Source: an uncultured Gammaproteobacteria bacterium
Lineage (GTDB): Bacteria; Pseudomonadota; Gammaproteobacteria; Steroidobacterales; Steroidobacteraceae
Length of the DNA: 64,000 nucleotides
NCBI GenBank assembly: GCA_963775415.1
Contig: CAVZIO010000007.1
Coordinates: 151,707-215,706, forward strand
Reading direction: 5' to 3'
The notes beneath the pieces were generated by a model. That model searched no databases. It was not told the origin of the DNA and worked only from the letters and a program-made list of their open reading frames with translations. The number at the start of each line of letters is the position of its first letter. The stretch's first letter is position 1. A program made the position numbers and the translations under genes. Shown here piece by piece: positions 47,730 to 56,599 of this stretch.

Positions 47730-47864
47730 GCCTGGCCTCCTGCCGTAAGGGCTATCGGATGATGAGACCGCGGAAGAAGTGCGGATATTGCACCAAATTG
47801 AACCTTTCGCCTCTCGACCCGGACTTACTGCTGTAAGGGTCTGCAAACGGCAACAGGATCGCCC

Positions 47865-48458
47865 ATGAAGCCCAGCTCCGGTTCGCGGGTCGATTCGCAG
47901 GCGTCCGACACCGATGCGGAAACCGCGCTGGTCGCACGGGTCGCGGCCCGGGACCAGGCGGCCTTTGCCGAGCTGTATGGCCTCTATCGTCGCCGGCTGG
48001 CGCGTTTCCTGGGCAGGTTCCTCGCATCGCCCCAGGTCATCGACGAAGTCATCAACGACGTGATGTTCGTCGTCTGGCAGGACGCGTCCCGCTTCGAGCT
48101 GCGCTCGAAGGTCTCGACGTGGATATTCGGCATCGCCTGGCACAAGGCGCTCAAGGCACTCGATCGCCAGAAGCGCAGCATACCGCTCGAACCCGCGACG
48201 ACCGAGTTCGCGCGGCCCGACGAGGGCGCGAGCGCGCTGGAAGTCCGCGAGTGGCTGGGCTGCGCGCTGGATCGCCTGTCGCCGGACCAGCGCCTGGTCG
48301 TCGAACTGACTTTCTTTGCGGGTTGCTCTTACCAGGAGATTGCGAGGATCGCGCATTGCCCCGTCAACACGGTGAAGACCCGAATGTTTCATGCGCGTCA
48401 CCGGCTGCGCGACATCCTGGTGTCGCTCGATTCGGTGGCGCGGGAGAAAACCACATGA
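47865..48458 (+). CDS. RNA polymerase sigma-70 factor, ECF subfamily
   Basis: Region 2 (FAELYGLYRRRLARFL...DVMFVVW) and region 4 (SYQEIARIAHCPVNTVKTRMFHARHRL). Confidence 0.9.
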   Translation: MKPSSGSRVDSQASDTDAETALVARVAARDQAAFAELYGLYRRRLARFLGRFLASPQVIDEVINDVMFVVWQDASRFELRSKVSTWIFGIAWHKALKALDRQKRSIPLEPATTEFARPDEGASALEVREWLGCALDRLSPDQRLVVELTFFAGCSYQEIARIAHCPVNTVKTRMFHARHRLRDILVSLDSVAREKTT

Positions 48459-49102
48459 CGAGCACAGGAACGTCCGGCGACCTCGAGCAGAAGGCGCTGG
48501 AGCTGCTGCCCTGGTACGTGAACGGCACCCTGGAGGGCGACGAGCGCGAGCTCGTCGGCCGGCAGGTGCTGGCCAGCCTCACCTGCCGGAAGGAACTGGA
48601 GCGTCTGCGCCGCCTCCAGCGATTGATGCAACGCGACGACCCCGAAGCGGCCGCCACCGATCGTGAGTTCGAGCGACTGATGGAACGGATCCATGCGAGC
48701 GATGTGCCACCCCGTTCGGCCGCGGCAGAAAGCGGACGTGGGTTTGCGTGGATGCAGTTTGGCCTCGCCGCCTCGGTCGCCGCGGCCGTTTGCGCGCTGC
48801 TATGGTGGGGGACAATCTCGCCTTCCGCCCCGCCCCACACTTATCAGACGATGACCAGCCCGGCGCCCGCAGATCCGGCGGCCGTGCGCCTGCGAGTCCT
48901 GTTCGCACCCGGCGTCACCGGGCCGGAGCAGCGTGAGCTGCTCGCCAGTCACGGCCTGACCGCCCTGGGGCCGCCTGCAAAGGACGGTGTCCTCACACTC
49001 GCGTTCCCCGTGGACGCGGACCGGGCCGCGATCGTCGCCGCACTCAAGCAGGATCCGCGGATCCGGCTCGTGACTTCACCGCCGGGGTCCGGCGCGCCGT
49101 GA
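48455..49102 (+). CDS. anti-sigma factor (single-pass membrane protein, degenerate zf-HC2-like N-terminus)
   Basis: ATG overlaps the sigma stop (ATGA). LLPWYVNGTLEGDERELV..., one TM helix (FGLAASVAAAVCALLWWG) and a periplasmic C-terminal domain. Confidence 0.75.
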   Translation: MTSTGTSGDLEQKALELLPWYVNGTLEGDERELVGRQVLASLTCRKELERLRRLQRLMQRDDPEAAATDREFERLMERIHASDVPPRSAAAESGRGFAWMQFGLAASVAAAVCALLWWGTISPSAPPHTYQTMTSPAPADPAAVRLRVLFAPGVTGPEQRELLASHGLTALGPPAKDGVLTLAFPVDADRAAIVAALKQDPRIRLVTSPPGSGAP

Positions 49103-50421
49103 ATCCACGCGCCCTGGCCGCCGTGCTGATTGCCGGACTGCTCGCGGGATGCGCGGGCGGCACATCGACCGTTGGCCGCGCGACGACGGCGACGGAGGCC
49201 GTGAACGAGCGGCGCATTCTCGTGATGATCGCGGACCCAGGCATCAACCGCTTCGACCTGCGCGGCGCGCGCAGCGGACCGTACCGCCAGTCCCGCGCCT
49301 ATTCCGGGACGCCCGTGCGAATTGCACAGGTCCTGGACGCCGTCGCAGCGGATTTTCACCTGACGGCCGTCGAGGGCTGGCCGATGCGAAGCCTCGGCGT
49401 CCATTGCGCCGTGTTCGAGGTCGAGCCTGGCGCGTCGATCGGCGAGGTGATCTCGAGGCTGAGCGCCGACCAACGGGTCGAGTCGGTGCAGCGGATGCAG
49501 CAGTTCGAGCTCCAGGAATCGAACCAGCGCGGCGCATGGGACGATCCCTACCTTTCGCTGCAAGGCTCGCTCGAGGACTCGGGAATCACGCGCGCACACC
49601 GCTGGTCGACGGGCCGGGGCGTACGCATCGCGGTCATCGACACCGGCATCGACGTGAAACACCCGGACCTGCGCGGACAGGCCGTCGAAGTCCGGAACTT
49701 CAGCGCCGACGGCGATGGCGCAGCCGATCGTCATGGCACGGCCGTCGCCGGCGTCATCGCCTCGGTCGCCGGCAATCGCCAGGGCATAGTCGGCGTCGCG
49801 CCGGGCGCCCGGCTGCTCGCCCTGCAGGCCTGCACACAACGGAACGCCGAAGGCCGCGGCCGCTGCACCAGCTTCAGCCTCGCCCGCGCGCTCGACCACG
49901 CGATCATCGCCGGAAGCGACGTGATGAACCTCAGCCTCGGTGGTCCTGAGGACCCCTTGCTCGAGCGACTGCTGGCGAAAGCGATCGAACAGGGCATCGT
50001 CGTGGTCGCGGCACGGGGCGATGGAAGGCCCGGCGCGGATTTTCCGGCAAGCCTCCCGGGCGTCATCGCGGTCGGCAGCGTACCGGCACCCGCCGGCGGC
50101 GGGCGGCTCATCGCGCCCGGCCAGGATGTTCTGACACTGGTGCCACCGGACGGCTACGACTATCTGTCCGGCAGCTCGATCGCCGCGGCGCACGTGTCCG
50201 GAATCGTCGCCTTACTGCTCGAGCGCGCGCCGTCCATGCGCGCCTCCGATGTCGAGCGCCTGCTGGTGCGCACCTCTCGTCCAATCGGGCGCGAGGGCGC
50301 AGGCTCGCCGCGGGTCGTGAGCGCCTGCGACGCGCTCGCGGAACTTTCCGGCACGATCCAGTGCGGCGGTGATGAGCCCCCGCGCGCGCGGCGCGCGCCG
50401 AGACCCGGGTCGACTCGCTAG
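49099..50421 (+). CDS. S8 family serine peptidase (subtilisin-like) lipoprotein
   Basis: GTG overlaps the anti-sigma stop (GTGA). Lipobox LLAGC. Catalytic triad in VIDTGID, HGTAVAGV and SGSSIAAAHVSG. Confidence 0.9.
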   Translation: MNPRALAAVLIAGLLAGCAGGTSTVGRATTATEAVNERRILVMIADPGINRFDLRGARSGPYRQSRAYSGTPVRIAQVLDAVAADFHLTAVEGWPMRSLGVHCAVFEVEPGASIGEVISRLSADQRVESVQRMQQFELQESNQRGAWDDPYLSLQGSLEDSGITRAHRWSTGRGVRIAVIDTGIDVKHPDLRGQAVEVRNFSADGDGAADRHGTAVAGVIASVAGNRQGIVGVAPGARLLALQACTQRNAEGRGRCTSFSLARALDHAIIAGSDVMNLSLGGPEDPLLERLLAKAIEQGIVVVAARGDGRPGADFPASLPGVIAVGSVPAPAGGGRLIAPGQDVLTLVPPDGYDYLSGSSIAAAHVSGIVALLLERAPSMRASDVERLLVRTSRPIGREGAGSPRVVSACDALAELSGTIQCGGDEPPRARRAPRPGSTR

Positions 50422-51146
50422 AAACCCACTGAAACGCTGCCGACCAGGCGGGAGCCCGTCAGCTTCGGGCCGGCGAAACCCGCTTCGCTGCCGTTCGTGT
50501 CGAAATACCGGAGGTCGAACGTGACCGGGCCGGCGACCGCAGAGACGCCGAGATCCCAATAGAGGTAGTCGTCCCAGTCGTTCCGCCCGAATTCGTAGTA
50601 ACCGAGCGAACCCGACACCTGATAGCGGTCACTGAGCGACCGACGCAACTCGATCTCGGTGGTCCAGCCGCTGGCGCCGCCGGCACCTGCATCGTCGGAC
50701 ACGGTCGCGCCAAGGCGAAACGTGTCGCGGAAATGGAGGTTCGCGATCAACTCTCGATAGGAATAATCGAAGCCGGTCGAATCCGGGAAGTCATAGTGGA
50801 GCGCGGCGACGTCCCAGGACCAGTCGCGCGCGATCTCGCGGCTGTAGCCAAGGTACGCGTCGAGCTCAATCGAGCCGGGATTCGATCCGAAGGAATTGTC
50901 CGGAAACTCCGTGTGGGCCGCGAAGACGCCAGCGAACACGCCGCCCGGATGCACGTAGTCGAGGCCCGCCTGGACGGTCGGATCCCCGTTCGATTGCGAC
51001 GCGCCTCGAAACACGTAGTCGCTGACGAGCGTCAGGTAGCCGTGGAACTCGTGGGCGTGCAGCGGACCACAGGCCAGCAGACCCAGAATGCCGCACACAC
51101 GAACGATGCCATGACGGAGGTTCACGCCGACGACCCGAAGGCGCAC
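50418..51146 (-). CDS. TorF family putative outer-membrane porin (TIGR02001/Gcw_chp-like)
   Basis: Signal peptide, then GYLTLVSDYVFRGASQSNGDPTVQAGLDY and C-terminal VSVGF (terminal Phe). Its stop and the S8 stop overlap as CTAG at 50418-50421. Confidence 0.8.
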   Translation of the reverse strand: MRLRVVGVNLRHGIVRVCGILGLLACGPLHAHEFHGYLTLVSDYVFRGASQSNGDPTVQAGLDYVHPGGVFAGVFAAHTEFPDNSFGSNPGSIELDAYLGYSREIARDWSWDVAALHYDFPDSTGFDYSYRELIANLHFRDTFRLGATVSDDAGAGGASGWTTEIELRRSLSDRYQVSGSLGYYEFGRNDWDDYLYWDLGVSAVAGPVTFDLRYFDTNGSEAGFAGPKLTGSRLVGSVSVGF

Positions 51147-51173
51147 CCACGCGCCGTCCGGGCATCTTTAGCG

Positions 51174-52287
51174 CTAGAAGAAGCCGTGCAACTCGATGAA
51201 GCCGAAGCGCCGGTTCTGCAGCTCGATCGCCGACACGCCGTCGTAGATGCGCACTCCGCCTCTCAGTTGCAGGTACTGGAACGGCATGTACTCGTAGACG
51301 AGGGAATAGCGATCCTGCTCGTCCTCGTCGATGTCCGTGTCCGGCTCGTAGGTTTCGAGCGTCAGCTTGAGGTTGTGGCCGCGCCGCGGCATCCAGTTCG
51401 CCTCGAGCAGTCCGACCCAGCGGCGCAGGTCTCCGCCCGGCAGGCCGCGATCCTCGACGTAGTCCACTTCCGCGAGCCACGCGATCGGACCAGTGCGCAG
51501 TCCGCCGTGCAACGCCGCGAGATGACGCTCCGTGTCGCCGGCGTCGTTAAAGTTGTAACTCGCGCCCACGCGCCACGCCGATTGCACCAGTTCGCCGCGC
51601 AGGCTCCATTGCTTGCCGGAGTTCGTCTCCGCGCGTGCCGGCCGTGCCGTTCGAGACCGCGAGTTGCGCAGTCCACGGGCCGGTCTCGAGGCCGAGCTCC
51701 ACGCCATTGTCCGGCGTGTCGAAGCTGATGCCCGACACCTGGCGGACGAACGCCGTGTCATCCTCGAGCCGCAGCCCGAACGGCAGATACATCTGCCCGG
51801 CCTTCACGTAGTAGCGCTTCGATTCGTCGAAGAACAATCGCCCGTAGGCTTCGAGGTTCCGGCTGCCGTCCGGCGCGAGCTTCTGGTCGACGTACACCGA
51901 CAGCCGATCGGGAATGACGTGGACGTCGAGATACGCCCGCAGCTCGTCGACCGCGAAGGCGAGGTCTTCGTCTTCGGCGTCCGGGAAATCCGTGTAGGTC
52001 GCGCTGCCGCGGAAATCGCCGCCGAACGAGACGAAGCGATTCAGCTCGCCGAGCCACTGCGTCGCGCCAGTGTCGATGCGCCGCGCCGCCAGCTCGTTCT
52101 GCGCAAACGCATTGCCGGCCGCGTTGCGCAGGCCCCCACCCGTCGGGTTGACGTGACAGCCCGAGCAATGCAATCCCTGGCGCACCGCAAGATACGGCTC
52201 CGCAGCAGCGGGCAGGCTCGCGGACAGCAGGCCAACGACCGCAGCCCACGCGACCAGGCGCAGGCCGGCCCTGGCGAGACGACTCAA
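51174..52287 (-). pseudogene. predicted outer-membrane beta-barrel protein with N-terminal CxxCH motif, single frame disruption
   Basis: ORF 51547..52287: signal peptide, LHCSGCHVNPTGGGLRN, alternating beta-strand pattern. ORF 51174..51761 continues with ETNSGKQWSLRGELV... and ends ELHGFF (OMP beta-signal). The frames join near 51625-51640. The TTG start overlaps the upstream stop (TTGA). Confidence 0.7.
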
Positions 52288-53134
52288 CGCTGAGGCCCGG
52301 CCGAAAAGTCGGCCACGAAGTCCTCGCCCGCGCGACCGTCGGCGTCGCCGTCGATCACCCTGGCGTCGAGATCCGCAACCGCGAGCGGATCCGACCCGGA
52401 AACCCGCAACCGGTAGCGGTCCGCAGCGAGCGGCTGCAGCGGAACCAGGCGGAAGACCGACGGGTCGTGCTGCGTCATGACGATGCGGTGCGCGATTGCC
52501 ACTTCGTTGCCGTCGCCAAAGCGGCCGTCTCCGCCGCTAGCCTGCAGCGTGACGGTATCGGCGCCGAGCAAGGTCGCGTCGAGTGCCTGATCCGCGGCCA
52601 CCAGGAGTTCCGTCACCGGCGGCGCGTCCGCGGGACGGATGTCCGCTTCGGGTTCGGGCGCAAGCAGCCGGAGCTGAGCCGCGGCCGTCTGCGAGCTCGC
52701 CGCTGCGGTCGCGAGCGCGCCGTTGGTGATCCACTGGCGGATCGCCGCAATCTGGTCGGCCGACAGATTCGGCCCGCCCAGCGGCATGCGCCCGCCCACT
52801 GCCGCGGTGCCTTCGATCTTCTGGACCAGGTAGCTGGCGTTAGGATTGCCCGGGTTTACACGCAGGATCGTAGGAACTTCGGTGCTCGGCACATTGACGA
52901 GCATCGCGTGCGACATACCGTTCTCGAGCCTGAGGCCCTGCGGCGCAGCGGCACCGGTGTGGCAATTGGTGCAGATCGCGCTGAACACGTTTGTCTGGAT
53001 TGACGCCAGCGTCGGTTCGATCGGCGGGTCGCCACCCCCGCCGCCTCCACCCCGCCGCCTCCATCGCCTCCGCCTCCACCGCAGGCGGCCAACAGGAGAC
53101 TCGTGATCAGCGGCAGATTGCGGGCCTGGGACAT
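52284..53134 (-). pseudogene. lipoprotein with planctomycete-cytochrome-C-like CxxCH domain and Ig-like domain, frame disruption in the poly-Gly linker
   Basis: ORF 52856..53185 gives MSQARNLPLITSLLLAACGGGGGDGGGG (lipobox). ORF 52284..53141 gives GGGGGGGDPPIEPTLASIQTNVFSAICTNCHTG...LSADQIAAIRQWITNGA plus a C-terminal Ig-like domain. The frames join in the C4 run 53049-53052. Confidence 0.7.
53034..53062. repeat. tandem 15/14-nt repeat in the poly-Gly coding linker
   Basis: On the minus strand TGGAGGCGGCGGGG is followed by TGGAGGCGGCGGGGG. The first copy is one G shorter, and adding that G restores the lipoprotein reading frame. Confidence 0.8.
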
Positions 53135-53295
53135 GACGCACCTTTTTCTTTCGGGTTCGTCAGTGAGTTCCTTTACCTCCTCCAAAGGTTCATGCGGATT
53201 GGGTCGGCGTTCGCTTCAGGGCGCCGTGGTTGCGGCCTTGGCGTCGTGGTGTGAGCTCACCGCCGGATTGAACGGCTCGAATACGCCGACCAGAC

Positions 53296-54288
53296 TCAGT
53301 CGTCAGCGTCAACAAGCGGCGCGTTGAGCAGTGACTTCTGGCGCTCCCGGCCGGCGGCCAGCTTCAATTTGTCGACTTCGGCCAGGTAGTCGGCAATATC
53401 CCGGTTCGGCACGACGCGTGCCGCCTCAAGCCGCACGTCCGGACCGAGATCCACGCGGTTGACGTTGCCGTCGTCGACTCCGATCAGACGATCCACGCGA
53501 CGGCACCGATCACGACAGTCGCGGCGCCGGCCAGCGCCAGCGCGATGCGGCGGCTCGTAATGAGTGGCCTCGCGCAGGTGCAGGTACAGTGCGGCCAGTG
53601 CCACCGCCCCCACGACGGCAACGCCTGTCTGGACGAGTGCCGACCACTGCGCAGCAAACGCCACCAGGCTTGCCACCCAGAAACCCCAGGCGCACAACGC
53701 TGCGCCGATCGAAGCGATCGTCAGGTGGACTCGAACATGCCAGCTGCCATGATTTAGCTTGGTCGCCAGCGACCACAGGCCAGTCCACAGCGCGATCAGT
53801 CCCAGTGCAACGAGTACTGCCGTCGTAATGCTGCGGAGCATCGACGATGGCGCGCCGAGCCACTGCAGGAATCCGCCATAGGCGATGCATGCCGCCACGC
53901 CCGTCACCGCGAGGATCGTGCGGTGCCGGCGCACAAATTCGCGCCGGAAAACGCGCTCGTGCCCGATCGGCGTGTGACGTGTGCGGACCCGAAGCCGTGT
54001 GCGACCGACGATGATCTCGCCCTGTTCGATGACGGCGCCAGAATCCGTCGGGATCCGATTGCCGTCGACGCGCGTTCCGTTTCGCGTGCCGAGGTCCCGC
54101 ACGCTGACACGACCGTCTTCCATCAGTGTCAACAGCGCATGCTGCGGCGCTGCATGTTCGTCGTCCACGATGATGTCGCAGCCCAGATCGCGGCCCACGC
54201 AGCATTCGGTGCCGGCGCCCTCGAAGCGTTGCCGCAGGACCCGGTGCCCATGCGGGTCGGTCTGCTCGATCAGCATCACGGCGTCCAT
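53296..54288 (-). pseudogene. FHA domain-containing integral membrane protein (probable pair of compensating frame shifts near the last TM helix)
   Basis: ATG 54288. FHA motifs CCVGRDLGCDIIVDDEHAAPQHALL and VRDLGTRNGTRVDG, then 4-5 TM helices. Between about 53556 and 53488 the +1 frame encodes a high-GC3 TM helix (SRRIALALAGAATVVIGAVAWIV). The open frame there gives low-GC3 Arg-rich sequence. Confidence 0.75.
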
Positions 54289-55675
54289 CGCAGGGCTCCC
54301 AGGTAACGCTCCAGCGTGCGCTTGCCGGATTCGAATCCGACGCCCTGGAGCGCGAGCCGGCTCACGAGGGCCTGTTGCGTGTCGTCGATGCCGACGACGG
54401 TCATGTCGAAATCGTAGAGACCGGCGAACAGCCGGTACTGGCGCACGCAGGTCGAGATGCGCGCATCGAAGCCGTCCAGCGAAACCAGTGCGTCGCGACA
54501 GGCGAACGGCGCCACGTGCGCCGATGCGCCCGCGCGACGCGGCGCCGCGGCGAGACGGTTCACCTGCCGCTCGAACTGCAGTGGATGCAAGTCCCACCGA
54601 CTGCACGATCCGGTGCTGAATGGACAGCCCGGCCACGCTGACGCCGGGCTGCACCGTGATGCGGGACGGTATCCAGCAACTGACGGTTTCCACGCGCACG
54701 CGCGAGTGCGGGCTCGGCTCGTCGACCGTGCTGCATTCGGCGTGCCGCGAAATCTGCGTCGGCAACACGTAGCCCCGCACGTTCTGCGTGCCGGCCGTGT
54801 CCGGCTGGGCCTCCAGCAGCTCGGCCTCGTAGGCGAGCACCTGCGCCGTGACGCGCTGGCGCAGCTGTTGCGCGCTCAGCGACGCGTGTCAGCGGCTCCT
54901 TCGCGCGCGCCAGCAGCGCCGGAATGTGCCTGGCCGGCACGACGAAGCCGACGAGCTGTCGGCCGGTGACCACGGAGACGTTGACGCCGTACACGCGGCC
55001 CCTCGGGTCCAGCGCGGGCCCGCCCGACATGCCGCCGTTGATCGCGCCGGTGTAGTGGATGCGCTGCGCGATGCTGTTCTCGACCAGGCCGTTCGCGACA
55101 CCTTCGGTGATCGTCAAGCCGAGGTTCAGCGGAAAACCGATCGACCAGGCGCGCTCGCCCTGCGCGGGAATCTCGCTGCGCAGCTTCAGGGGCGGCAATT
55201 CGAGGTCGTCGGCCGCAACGACGGCAAGGTCGTTGCGTACGTCGATGGCGAGAACGTGCAGGGGCCCTTTGCGCCCGTCGCTCGCCAGGTATTCCAGCCG
55301 GTACTGTTGCGGGTACAGAACGGCCTGCGCCACGACGTGATAGTTCGTCACGATCCGGCGCCCGTCATCGACGGCAAAGCCGCTGCCGTGGAATGCGCTC
55401 GATTCGGACGTGTCGAAGAAACCGCGAATCTGCACCACGGCGTCGCGAGCCGCGTCGAGCCGGACCTGCGCTTCGCCCGAGAGCTCCTGGCTCGCGATGT
55501 CGGCGTCGATCGCGGCTTCGTCGATGGTGTCGGCGTCCGGCGCCTGCTCCTCGGGCGCCGATTCAGACGGTGGCTCGGCCTGCTGCTGAGCAGGCACCGG
55601 AAGTTCCTCCTGCGGGGCGGCGCCGGTCGCGGCACCGCACAGGAAAAGCACGGCGATGAAGCGGGCGAGCTTCAA
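54276..55675 (-). pseudogene. secreted trypsin-like (S1/chymotrypsin fold) serine protease with about 200-aa C-terminal domain of unknown function, two frame disruptions
   Basis: ORF 54560..55675: signal peptide, acidic linker, TNYHVV (His), RNDLAVV (Asp), NGGMSGGPAL (Ser). It continues in the frame of ORF 53296..54840 (SAQQLRQRVTAQVLAYEAELLEAQPD...) and then in ORF 54276..54590 (LHPLQFERQV...YLGALRWTP). Junctions lie near 54885 and at the C3 run 54593-54595. It overlaps the FHA gene start by 13 nt. Confidence 0.75.
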
Positions 55676-55930
55676 GAAGAACTCCTACATGTCGGCCGAA
55701 ACCGGTGAGAGAAGTGTAAGCCAGCGCCTGAGTGTTCAGAGAGTGTCCACCCCCACCTCGCTGGCAAGCTGCGCGACCTGGAAGGCGCAGGAGAAGTAGA
55801 GCTTCCCGTCCCTCTCAGCCCCAGGATGCACCGAAAGCGGCCTCAGGACGTCGAATTGTGAAGCCGGTCCAACCTTCCCGGGGCGCGCAGGATCAAAGTG
55901 ATGACGGCGACCCGAAAAGAGGACCCCCTT

Positions 55931-56116
55931 ATGTACAGCCGGAAATTCGGGATTCATGGAATGATCAGCGCCTTCGTTGCAATTGCCATCCTCGGCATCA
56001 GCGCGCTCGTGATGGACCGCGGATACCTTTTCTCGGCGCCGGGCGGCATCGTCACAGTTGACCAACCCAGCCCGCTCGAGGCGCTGGACGAAATCGTCGT
56101 CGTCGCACAGCAGTAG
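55931..56116 (+). CDS. small membrane protein (hypothetical)
   Basis: MYSRKFGIHGMISAFVAIAILGISALVM... with one TM helix and high GC3. AGAGGA lies 8 nt upstream of ATG 55931. Confidence 0.45.
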   Translation: MYSRKFGIHGMISAFVAIAILGISALVMDRGYLFSAPGGIVTVDQPSPLEALDEIVVVAQQ

Positions 56117-56342
56117 GCGGGCATCGGCGGTTAGGCCGCTTCAACGAGGCTTCGTACCTCGCGACCAACACGGGCGCAGCTCGCCCAGTTCGCTGACGAC
56201 CACCATCGACTCGTGGTACTCGCCGACGTAAGGTTTCTGCGTCATCGCCGAGCCTTACCTGACGCCATTCCCCGACGTCGGACGTCACACTGCGGCAATC
56301 CTTCGGCGTTATGCTGCGGGAGGAATCGCGGAGGGCGCCCAC

Positions 56343-56534
56343 ATGCAGACGAACGAGCACGTAGGACAAGTCAAGTACGGCCCTCGACGTGGGCGCGTGA
56401 AACAGGCGCACACCGCCATGCGCGAAGCGCCCGAAGCCCAGGCCCAGGCCCAGGGACTCAGCGCGGGCGAGTCGAACCCCCGCGCCCCGCGGCCGCCGAC
56501 GCGCAAGCCGCAACTCTATGGCGCCGGTTTCTGA
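56343..56534 (+). CDS. hypothetical small basic protein
   Basis: 63-aa ORF preceded by GGAGG and followed by a terminator. Low-complexity, with no family recognised. Confidence 0.3.
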   Translation: MQTNEHVGQVKYGPRRGRVKQAHTAMREAPEAQAQAQGLSAGESNPRAPRPPTRKPQLYGAGF

Positions 56535-56568
56535 CAGGACACCAGGCGACCTCGACTCGGACGTCGGC

Positions 56569-56597
56569 TAAAAAACGTTCCGGCCGGAACGTTTATT
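56569..56597. terminator. bidirectional rho-independent terminator
   Basis: AAAAAACGTTCCGG/CCGGAACGTTTATT: a 10-bp palindromic GC-rich stem flanked by an A-run and a T-rich tail. It lies between convergent genes ending at 56534 (+) and 56600 (-). Confidence 0.6.
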
Positions 56598-56599
56598 GG

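Noticed and set aside
47800-47835. ECF-type promoter (GAACC ... CGAC/GGAC) upstream of the sigma factor gene
   Set aside because: Spacing between the AAC-containing element and any CGT/CGA-like -10 element is too short or mismatched. It is not supportable without comparative data.
54326-54339. CGGATTCGAATCCG, which resembles a tRNA T-arm
   Set aside because: It lies inside the protease coding region. It is a simple palindrome and has no flanking acceptor, D or anticodon arms.
56160-56262. 34-codon minus-strand ORF (MTQKPYVGEYHESMVVVSELGELR...) and other short ORFs in the 56.1-56.35 kb gap
   Set aside because: It is too short, has no RBS or recognisable family, and ends abruptly. It may be another gene fragment but cannot be supported.
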